NCBI RefSeq assembly: GCF_000002075.1
Contig: NW_004797416.1
Location: 258,178-322,177 of the forward strand
Direction of reading: 5' to 3'
Length of the DNA stretch: 64,000 nucleotides
Source of the DNA: Aplysia californica
Lineage: Eukaryota
The position numbers and the translations under genes are program-made. Shown in pieces: positions 13,801-25,400 of this stretch (position 1 is the stretch's first letter; each line of letters begins with the position of its first letter). Below the pieces are notes generated by a model. It had not been told where the DNA came from. It did not search any database and worked only from the letters and a program-made list of their open reading frames with translations.

Positions 13801-16800
13801 NNNNNNNNNNNNNNNNNNNNNNNNNNNNNNNNNNNNNNNNNNNNNNNNNNNNNNNNNNNNNNNNNNNNNNNNNNNNNNNNNNNNNNNNNNNNNNNNNNNN
13901 NNNNNNNNNNNNNNNNNNNNNNNNNNNNNNNNNNNNNNNNNNNNNNNNNNNNNNNNNNNNNNNNNNNNNNNNNNNNNNNNNNNNNNNNNNNNNNNNNNNN
14001 NNNNNNNNNNNNNNNNNNNNNNNNNNNNNNNNNNNNNNNNNNNNNNNNNNNNNNNNNNNNNNNNNNNNNNNNNNNNNNNNNNNNNNNNNNNNNNNNNNNN
14101 NNNNNNNNNNNNNNNNNNNNNNNNNNNNNNNNNNNNNNNNNNNNNNNNNNNNNNNNNNNNNNNNNNNNNNNNNNNNNNNNNNNNNNNNNNNNNNNNNNNN
14201 NNNNNNNNNNNNNNNNNNNNNNNNNNNNNGGGGGGTTGTTATGGAGAAAGAAACTGGTCCTAAAGTTTTGATAATAGAAAGGAGAAAGTAATAAAATGCA
14301 AGTGTAGAAATCGGTTATACTGATGAGTAGTATCTGCCACAAGTGTCGCATAGTTTGTCTTAAGAGAGTGTCTGTGTGTACAACAATATTGTCATTGTCA
14401 CCTGATGGAGTGAGTGTTTGGGGGAGTGGTTTTGTCTTGAACTGAGGCTTCAACGTTGGTTAAAAAAAGAAGAATAATTGCATTTGTTATGATCTTCGCT
14501 CTACATGTGTTTACATTCATTCTACAATTTCATAAGTTTGTTTTGGAAAGATTTAATTCAATTACTTCCATTTTCTAAAACTTGAGGTCAATTTGTTCTG
14601 TTTACAATACAGTTTTAGAGGGGGCTCTCGAGGCCTAGAGGTTAAGGTGTTTGCCTTTCATTCAAAGGTCTCGGGTTCGAATCTGGGTAGTGACCGAACA
14701 TTTTTTTTCTCTAAAATTGTCTCCTTTCACCTCCTTTCCTGCTCTCTAACAATGTTCTGTCATTTTCTTTCATCTCCTCTTTCTGCCCCCACCACCTCGC
14801 CTCCTTTGCCCCCTCCTCTGGGCTCCTGACTCTTCTACTGCTACTCCTTGGCTCCTTCTTACTGGTGTCTTTCAGCCACACCCCTGATCTTCTGGTAGGA
14901 CAGATCTTACACATAGCCTTCTCGGACAAGGGCAAAAAATCTCGGACGGCAAGTTGTGCACGTTAAAGATCCCTTGGTGGTCTAAAATCGATAAGAGTAG
15001 GCTTCGGCCTTTTTTTTCTAAATATCTCAGTATTTTGTTCATGAATTTGTTCATGAATTACTTCATGAAATTGGAATTAAATGTTTGTTAAACTATCATT
15101 CAATCATCAATTTCATTTCTTGCCCTTAGGTCTGATAACAATGATATTAGTATACAAACATTGTTGAATCATGATAAATCACAGCATTTTTCGGGGACAA
15201 TTTTTATCTTTGATGTTTTTGTTTCATATTGTATGATGTTTGATATGTCGGATTCCTTTGGTTTATTTCTAATTGATCATATAAAATAAGTAACCCCTCT
15301 AATTGTCTACTGATTGGATTGCCCCCCCCCCCCTCCTCCAGGTGCTGAGTTTTCCATGTACTGTGTCAATCATTTGTTGCTGCCAATGCTGCAGTCATGG
15401 CTGCGGCGAGGGGCACGTTGCTATGGTTACTGGAATACCGGCATTGTCAGCTTCAAACAGTCATGTGGACTTGTAGCTGACTTGATTGTGGAGTTTGTCA
15501 CAGAGTTTACAGGTAATGCCCCATTATGTAAGCTGATATTAACTACTCTACTGAATAGGTGGTCACCATGCTTTCATTTGTGTAAATAATATATGTATCT
15601 ACCACCTGGGTTTGAAACTGGGAGATTTGAATTTCTTTGACAGCATGTGCCATTTGTAAATGTGAAGGGCGCTGGTTACTGAGCTGGATGATGAAGAAAA
15701 GGAGGAGGAGGAAGAGGAGGAGAAAAAAGATGGAAGAATGAAAGGGGAAGGGGTAGGAAGAGACAGAGTGCTTGGCCAAAAGCTTCTTTCCGCAGTACTG
15801 ATGGACCTGAATCAACTTGTGCTTTTTCAGTTTTTGAGGCTTGCTTTCACTTACATGTACAACTGAGTTTGTCTGTTTCAGGAGATAATACATATATATA
15901 TATAGTGTAAAGCACATATAGCTTGCTGTTGAACGGGAATATGCGCTATGAAAATGCTATTTATTACTATTATTATATTATCATTATCATTATCATCATT
16001 GTTATTATTAGGAGATGCTGAGCTCCAGGCAGCGTTACAGCTCATTCTCAAGCAGACATTTGACGTGTTCATCGAGTGTGTGGCTCAGCCTGTGGAGAAC
16101 ATCTCTCGGCTCGGCTGCTCCTGCATCAGGTACGGCATATCTGTTGTTGTTCAAGATCTGGCTGTCTTAATAAACTATTGAAAATGTGCATTGTTAGCTC
16201 TGTTGTTGTTGTGCTTAGGGGTATGGTACAGACTTCTCTGGTTTGATTTCCCCAACGGGGGTGGGAGGGGGGGGGTGTATATTCTCGATACTTGGTTGTT
16301 TGAAGAGTTTTCAATGTCTCTGCCAACTTGCTTGATCCTATGGTAGATGGGTACTGTTAGATTTGGAGGTGCCATTGTTAAATGACCTTACAGTCAGGGA
16401 TAAAAGTATTTCGTTTAAAGCTAAAAATCTGGCTTTTTAAAACTTTCAGGTTTCAAACTCTCAAGTCTGCCAGTAAAGTAAGGGTAGGCACTCTCTATGT
16501 TTGTTCACTGTTTATTCTTCTGTTTAATCCAATTGTAAATTTGTCGTTGTTTAGTTGTGAAAGGGGCCCACTCCAACCTGCACCAACATGAACACATTCA
16601 AATTTTACAAATGATAATAATAAATAGCATTTATGTTGCCCATTTCCATTTTCTAAAAAGTACTCAAATCGTATTACATTAAAAAAACCCATCACATCTT
16701 AAAAACTAATAAGTCATTAGTGGTTAAAGGGTGCCACTGGTGGGTTCTTTTCCTTTACTTTGACTCTCTGGTTTTTGTCTGTCTTGTCTTGTTTAGTCTT

Positions 16801-19800
16801 TTTGCTGCTCTAAAGGACCATTGTTGTGTTGATAAGCATCTGTTTTACGTGTGGACGACTTTAATTTATTTCAGGCACATTCTGCTGACCGCTGGTCCAC
16901 ATTTGTCAGAGACCTTGTGGCAGGTCGGAGGTCAAGCCGTGCACCGGGCCCTTGGGGTCACGACCTATAACTTGCGCCTCCTCATGGCACTTTTCCACCC
17001 CAACTCAGACAACTTTTACGGGGACATTGGACAGGTCAAGGTCGCAACCCGAAAAGACTGCACTGTGGTGGACTGCCTGAGGCTGCGGCAGATGGCTAAG
17101 CAGGTACGGTACTCTTTGGCGGCTTCGATAAACATGTTGTAATTGCTACAGCATGCTATGGGGGTGTACTGTTTTGGCTGATGTTTGCTCAGTTTCTAAG
17201 TGCTGAGAGTGAGATCAAGGTTACTTATACTTTTTCACTGATGGAAGCTATTGATTTTGTATCAAGGTGATTGATTAAGGATGTTGTGCTTAGAAAGGAC
17301 ATGTATTGCCAATGACAGTATTAAAGACTCCACCCCCTCTTTTTGAAAGTTGGCAAATAAATAATCTTCCCCTTCCCCTTCCTTTAATCCAGTGACAAAT
17401 AATCAAATAATGTCCTCTTCCAAACTTCCCCCCCCCCCCCCCCCTCCCTCCTCTTTTCATTTTTCCCTTCACAGGTGTTTTTACTAGACAGCCAAGTATC
17501 CTCCATGCCTAGTGTCCAGTACGACACTGACCAGGACAAGTCCTTTGTGTTCCTCCTCTACCCACCTGGACACCAGGACAGCCTCAACCCTGACCACATC
17601 TCCACCAGGTTGGGGCAGATGTTGACTCATTAACAGAAATGGTGTTTGATGAATTTGGAAAACAAAAACAAAAAGAAAATTTGCCCATGTTGGTTAAGTC
17701 TGTGGTTGAATACCTGGGAGACAAATGTAGTTTTTATATGCTCTCACTTTTCTGAAAAAGGAGAACAACTACAAAGTCAAGTTATTATATTTATGGTAGT
17801 AGCAGATACTTGTCATGTTGAAACAGTCGGAACTGTTACTATTTCTTTCTAGTTGGAGATTTTAATGACTGCCTGGTTCATTTTGGAAATGTGGGTTATC
17901 TCTTGCATGCTCAGATGTACATTAGCTGTGATATTGGCTTGGGCGTACTACTTCTTCCTTCTTTCACTCTTTCTTCTGTACTTATTCCACTTCCCTTCCC
18001 TTTTTGAAATTATTTAAATGTGTTTAGTAGAGTGTTAAAACTATTGCAAAAAACTGTTTAAAGAGGAACAATGTTTACATGAGTGAGAAAGTAAATGTTC
18101 AATTATCGGGAACGTATGACTTGTCATCAGTGTCAATTCTGACTTTCACCATGTTTTCAGGGTTCCTTTCCGTCACGTGGTGGTGGGGCTGCTGTCCAAT
18201 CAGCTTCTGCTTCAGACAGTCGGAGAGATTCTGTTGGATCGACAGGCAGACCAGAAAGAAGTCGGCTCTGGTGTTGGGTTGCCAGGTAAAGATGCAGCAT
18301 TGTTGTTGTTGTTGTAATTTATGTTAGTCTGCATGTTAATTGTCACATTGTGCATTAATACTCATATTTTGGAACAAAACAGTAAAGAGACGAGGAATTT
18401 TTAATAGAGGTGAAAGGAGCAGTCTATATCGGAGTGTCCACTTACAACTTAAGAAGGTCATTGTCCCATCTTTGCTTGAGTGCTGTTGCAAAATGCGTGA
18501 GGTTGTTTTTATTCTTTGCACCTTCTTTCCTATCAAACATCTATCATTTTCCTATTTTGTGTTTATTACTCTCTTGTAACACCTCTAATATTTGGCACTT
18601 GTATGACCTAATTGTATCACAAGTGACATGAAATGCTTGCTTAAAGAAAAAAAGCAAAAACACATGAAAACCATGGCATCTTCACAATCCATCTGTCTTT
18701 CCACCCTCTCCCCCAGGTCTAATGCCCCACATGTCCACCCGCAATGTCCACCAACTCCTCTCTGCTCTGGACGAGACCTACCAGACAGCCCAGGATTTTG
18801 ACGCGAGGCCAGGTCTAAAGTTTCTGCTCCAGAAGGTGGCGGGCCTGGATGTGGCGGCCAATTTGTACAAGCAAGCAGCGACGGCCGTCCTGTTCCACGT
18901 GCATTCTCTGCTGGAGATCAATGCTCACCTGGACAACAGCAGCATCAGCTCTACCAAGTATGTTTTGGCAGACAGGCATATCACTTTAGGAAAGGGAAAG
19001 ATGTGGTCTGGCGAATTGTGTCGTTAATGACCATTACAAGTTGCTTGCCATTACTTCCTTTACTTTTGTTTTTACCCTGTCTCATTATCAGCAGGTAGCC
19101 CTCATGGTCTATAACTTCTTTTCCTCCTTGGTTGATAAAGGGGATCATCATTTTATGATAATAAATAATAATAATAATAATAGATAGCATTTGTACAGCG
19201 CATATCCCCACTCAACTGCAGGCTCTATGCGCTTTACATTATATTATTACCCCAGCAGACCATAGAACACTCCGAAATATTCTCAGCTTCCCGGGAAGCA
19301 TACAGTGCGAGCAGCCGATTAAGCACTCAAACACTAACAAACTGACAAGATCTTTTGCTGTCTATAGCCGGGTACCCATTCCCACCTGGGTGAAGTGAGG
19401 AAAATTCGTGTAAAATGCCTTTCCCAAGGACACAACGTCGGGCCCTTGACGGGATTCGTACCCACGACCTTACGGTTGCGAGTCCGAGAGCCTAACCACT
19501 AGGCCACCGATGGTGGATGAACTATATGTATTAATATAAATTTGTAGTGAAATACGTCATCTTTATCATCTGTGGCGCAATGGTTACGCTCCATGGTTTT
19601 ATATGCGGAAGATGCAAATTCGATTCCTGCTTGGGGAAATCTTTTTATAGAGTATCTCTGTCAATCAGTTGGGATGCGGTGTCACACTCAATTTGGGTTG
19701 TCTGTAACAGGCAGGGTTGAAGTATCTTATCTCTGACAGGGTCTATACTGTGTTGATTGGAGTGTATATTGTTCACAATGCTTTTGCAACTAAAAAGACA

Positions 19801-22356
19801 GGTGAATTTACTCTAACGTCCACCTGTACAAGTCAGTCACTTGTACAAATGACCACTTCCCTCTGTCCCGCTTGTGTTTCTTTTATTCTATAATGGCACA
19901 GTACCCCCCGGGCAGTGCCACTGACTGAAGTGTCTTTAGGCCATTCCCAAAGGGGGGACATATCTTTTTCAAGCATAGTAGAATTGTAAATGGGCTTATT
20001 CATGTCACACTCATAACTGTGCCTGATCTACAACAAGGAACTGCAGCTTTTTCTTTCCCGATCCTTACTATTGTCATTTCCTCTACTTCTTTTGTATGTT
20101 TGTCACTACTTTGTGACCTGCTATTTTGGGGTGCCTTGATAGTCGAAGCAGATCTTGTGCTGTTGAAGCAGAGTAAGTCTGATTCCCTGTAAGGACTCCT
20201 CTGTTGACATCCACCCCTTGGCTTTCATATGACCCTATGCAGTTGCGAGCGCCGTAAAACCTTCTACTATAATAATAAAATAATAATAAATGACACTGTC
20301 CAAGACGTCCTCCTATCTAAGACATCCACTTTTCTCTTGGACAATGGGTGGCTGTCTTTTGACAATTTCAACTCATAAACATTGTCTCAATTAGCACGTG
20401 TCATATAATGGTTAGGCTCTATGCTGTTGGATGCAGAAGACATGAGTTCGATTCCTGTATAGGGATGTCTTTTTACAAAGTATCTCTGTCAATCTGCTGG
20501 GAGGCCATATCACACTCACTTTGTGTTGGCTCTGACACACTAGGTTAATAAGTAACTTGTCCCTGACGGAATCTTTATTGTGTTGAATATAGTGTAATAA
20601 GTTTACAATTATTTTACTATAAAAATATGTAGTTATGTGCCATTTTATCCAGGAGAATAAATGTCTCGTCATAATGGCTTGACTTGGCTTGGCTTTGGAA
20701 ATGGAGATTATAGAAGCGGGCTGAAGTTTTATTTTTGAGCATACCCGATCTAAATATCGCTTTATGCTGATGTTCTGTTCATCAAAACTGTCAAATCGGA
20801 TACAAGTTTAAGCTCCCACTTCTGCACCTATTCAGCTTCACACGCAGCATACACTTAATACTCACAAACACAAAGAGCACTTTAAAAAATGCAGTGTTCA
20901 TTTTATTTTTTGTAGTGTTTGGAATGCTAGCCGTGACCTTGAGTAAGTTATTTGTGTATTTCTGCTTCCTGTTACTAATTGCGTGCTCGGAAAATAATTA
21001 AGTTTGGCTGTGTAGATTATAATTTGACTCGTAGTTTAGAATGCTACAGGTATGTCGTCCTTCTATCCTGTTTACTTCTTATGTCTTCGTGCTGTCTTCC
21101 TTTTTACTAGTTTTGCCTCTTTTGGTGTGTGGTTGTTAGATGCTCTGGTAAGGTTTGCTCCTTCTTTCCTACAAACATCTATCGTCCTTATCTCTCCTCC
21201 TTCTTTTCTTTGTATGTTGCTCTTCAGTAGTAATAACTCCTAACTTTCGGCACTTATACAACCTATTTGTGTTGCAAGTGCTGTAAAACTCTTACTAAAA
21301 ATCAAGCAAAGGAACAGACAAATCTGACTTGACCTTTTGTAGGTGGTGCAGGTTCACCTTCTGTTTGTGGGTCCATCGTGCTCCCTGCTTGGTTTAGCTT
21401 TTCTCATTCTTGTTTTATTTTCCCTTTTATGTTTTTGACAGCTGCATATTTTTGCGTGTGAATAATTTTTATTTTTTTTATTGATGAAATGTGGCGGTTG
21501 TCATGGTGACTCGCTGGGTATGAGGACTCCGCAAGACTCATTTTTGTCATGGTTTTTACTTCTGTGTTGTTTTCATTGCTTCAGCAGGCTAGTAAGGCAG
21601 ACCATCTTCTAGTTAGGAATTATTCTTTTTTGTGCTTCTTTTTGTTTTATAGAAAAGAAGTTATTTTTTTAGAGAATTGTTATTTGGTGTATTTTTTTGT
21701 TGTTGTTGGGGGTAGTGTGGGATTCCTTTTTTTTTTTTTTTTTGGCTTTAACTTTAAGATAAATATGAGAGGTGAAAAATAGAATGTGGATAGAGAAGTC
21801 ATAAGGACAGACGAAGAAAGACAGGAAGAGGGAAGGTTGAGAAGAAGGATAAGGGCTGCTGCAGATTATCTCTTGCAAGAAGATTGTTTTTTCCCAATTC
21901 ATCTGTAAGGTTTACTGAATAAAAGTGATATGAGGATGGGATTATTTGAACTGCAGATTTCAAGGCTCCATGGGGAATCTTTTTATTATGCAATCTGTCA
22001 CATTCTGTCCATGTTTTGAGTATGGACTTAGTGGGTCACACTTCGATCGTTTTTCGACACTTCCCCCTTTTTATGGCTTGGGTAATAATCTACCCTTACT
22101 GCTGATTAAAAATGAGATCAAATGCCCATATCAGGCTATTGTATTCAATTTTTGTTGTTTTTGTTATTATTTTTTGTAACTGTAGTTGAAGATACGACTC
22201 ATCCATAGCAACTGTTATACTTCCCTAGGCCCAGCGTTCATGCAAACTGTAACAAAATTGTCTTTAGATATGAAAAAAAGTAAGTTTGAGTAACCTCTTG
22301 ACCCCATCATTAAAATTTCTTTTAATTTTTTTGGCAGTGATTTTTTAAAATGTGGT

Positions 22357-22409
<53 letters not shown>

Positions 22410-25400
22410 TGCCTTTCCCACTCTGAATCAGGGTATAGGCCACGAACAAACGTTTTCCACCTTTCCCTATCCTGGACTAGCCTCTTGATATTATATTCCA
22501 CATCTTCCCACTGTTCTGTACATAGAATTGCTTTGGCTTACCTAAAAATGTTCTTCCTCCTATGTGCCCCCCCTCCTCTTCCACACTCTTCCCCCCTCCT
22601 TCTCCACACTCCTCCTCCACAATTCCCTCGCCCCTCTTCCTCTTTCACACCACCCCTCCTCCTCCACACTCTCCCCCTCCTCGTCCTCCCCTCCCCCGTC
22701 CCCTTACCTCAGGGCTGCCATTACTCCCATCGCTGAGACACCAGAGACCCCCGTTGCCTCATGGCCGACCATCGCTGAGATCAAGCACACGGCTGGGATG
22801 TCAGTGGGTCGCCCCTGGACCAATGGCAGGCTGTTCCTGCCACTGCTGCAGAACGTATGTGAAGAGCTGTGTCAGACGTACGTGGAAGTGTTGCAAGACT
22901 CGGGCAAGGGCTCTATTCTGGATAAGATCTCGGAGCAACCAATCTTTTTCCTGACGGCTCAGCACGAGGACATTCCACTGATCACCGCTCGGGCCCGACT
23001 CGCTGCAGCAAAGTCAAGGTCGTCAGATTCTTCGTCGTCTCTGCACAAGTCTGTAGATTCTTCTGGAAAAAATGAGCCCATTGAGGCTGAGGGTGTGCGG
23101 TCGGATGGAATTGTCTCAGTGGCTGTGGAAACGCCTCAAAGTGAGTGAATGTATAGATTTTTATGGTTAAGAGTCCCCTCTGATTCTATTCGTTTGTCTT
23201 TACAATAGTGCTCTTTGACTGTTTGGTTCATTCTTGTATTCTTATTTACTATCTCTGTCCTCTGTACGGACAATCAGTGTTGCACACTATTATTCGCATA
23301 CAACTATCATTCATATTTTCTTTTGACTAAATGTCTTTTTATGGTCAGGTTTTGTATCTCACTGACTGACAACTAGTGCCTCTTTATAGCATGACCATTT
23401 GTGCGGTGGGTTTTTTCCCATATATTCTACCTCAGTCCTCTGAAAGGACAAACTGCGTTGCAGTCTACTAAACGTAATAAAATGCAGTTCAGTTTTTCTT
23501 TTGTTACTTATTGCCAAGTACTCATTAGCATTTGGGTGAATTTAGGTCAAAGTGTCTTTCCTGCATTTTTTATTTCCTATCCAACTGAGCTGCAGACAGA
23601 ATCCATGATCTTTGAGTTTTCAAATATAACATGTTGTAGAGGTTTGTGAGTAATCTGCAGCTTATGGTGACAACTGGAAAAAAGTACAGTTGAGCACAGC
23701 TAATACGAACTGGGAAAACTCGAAATCTCAGATAGCTCTTACTATTTGCCATTCCCCGACTGATATCTGTTTAATTTTTCACAATCAGTTAATCTGAAAT
23801 ATAATGGATGTGCGGAACAAATTGGTCAGTAACGTACGTGTATTAGTCCATGCCGGACTGTAGCTGTTATTCTGTCATTGTGTCTACTTGATTGGGCTAT
23901 CTGTATAGGACAGTGGTTCTAGTACTTTAGTAGCTTTCACTATTTTTTTGTTTTCATGTCAATTGATATTGTTAGTTTGGGCATTTATATGACCCTTTCG
24001 TGTTGCAAGTGCTGTAAAACTCCTATTAAAACTTTTATAAAAATCTGTTAGCTCTGTCACTTTTGGCTTCCATGTTTGTTTTTCAGACCAGCTGGATTCT
24101 GATGCAGACTCTGACAGTGACTTAGAGAAAGTTCGAAGTGAAGATGGAGATACAGAGAAAGGAGAAGGAGAGGAAGAAGAACGAAAGAAGAGTAAGAGGG
24201 AGATACGCCAGGATTTGGAGAGTAAGGTGAGTGGAATGTCAATTCATCTGTCATCCAGTGAGTCCATCTATCTTTCCTTCTGTTCATTTAGTTGAATATT
24301 TATCCTTTTATCAGTCTATCTGTCAATCTATCTTTTTGTTCGTCCATTTATAGGTCTACTTTTCTATTGATTGAAGGATCCTTTCTACCATTCTACTGTG
24401 TACCTCCTTTCNNNNNNNNNNNNNNNNNNNNNNNNNNNNNNNNNNNNNNNNNNNNNNNNNNNNNNNNNNNNNNNNNNNNNNNNNNNNNNNNNNNNNNNNN
24501 NNNNNNNNNNNNNNNNNNNNNNNNNNNNNNNNNNNNNNNNNNTTCCATCTGTCTTTCCCTCATCCATCCATCCGTCTATCCATCCATCCATCCATCCATC
24601 TGTCCATCCACCCATCCATCCCTCCATTTTCCAAATAACACAATGTACTCCTCCCCCCCTCATCCTCCTGTTCCCAGGTGTACACAGTAGCCACTGACCA
24701 GGTGATCGAGAACCTGATGTCTCAGTACAAAAGACACAAGCACCAGAGGTCTATGCCTAACTTTGTCCGCCCACCGAAGTTCCAACGGTCAAAGATGAAG
24801 GTCCCCCGTCGTGAGGCTGTTGATGAAGCCATTGATAAACAGCACAAGTCCTCTATAATGAAGGTGGGTATGTGTGCTTTGCCACGGAAGAGGAGGAGAA
24901 ATGCACTCATATACGAATGCTGGCACTCTCACGCACTCGGACACATAGGCACAGTTTTTTGTTCTTTCTCCTGCTCTTCTGTTTGTCCGNNNNNNNNNNN
25001 NNNNNNNNNNNNNNNNNNNNNNNNNNNNNNNNNNNNNNNNNNNNNNNNNNNNNNNNNNNNNNNNNNNNNNNNNNNNNNNNNNNNNNNNNNNNNNNNNNNN
25101 NNNNNNNNNNNNNNNNNNNNNNNNNNNNNNNNNNNNNNNNNNNNNNNNNNNNNNNNNNNNNNNNNNNNNNNNNNNNNNNNNNNNNNNNNNNNNNNNNNNN
25201 NNNNNNNNNNNNNNNNNNNNNNNNNNNNNNNNNNNNNNNNNNNNNNNNNNNNNNNNNNNTTTTCTCTTTTCTCTCTGTCTCACTCATTTTTGTTTTCTCA
25301 TTTCTCAGTCCATCTCTCTCTCTGTCGATCTGCTCCTGGTCCCCTAACCCCCTTCACATTCTCTCGCTTCTTTCTTCCTTTCCTCAGGACAGTGAAGCTC

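Noticed and set aside
9024-14453. Long X-rich ORFs in the ORF track
   Set aside because: Artefacts of N gaps and flanking TG/CA repeats
14620-14700. tRNA-like sequences here and at 19435-19508, 3705 and 20398
   Set aside because: A and B boxes are present but there is no proper acceptor stem or cloverleaf, and each continues into a SINE body; these are SINE heads, not tRNA genes
21585-21611. Possible BIG3 microexon after a good pyrimidine tract
   Set aside because: The candidate donors give either a frameshift or a TAG at the junction with the next exon; unsupported without RNA data
22215-22736. Poly-His and poly-Met ORFs
   Set aside because: The (CAT)n run is the expanded tail of an RTE fragment, not coding sequence
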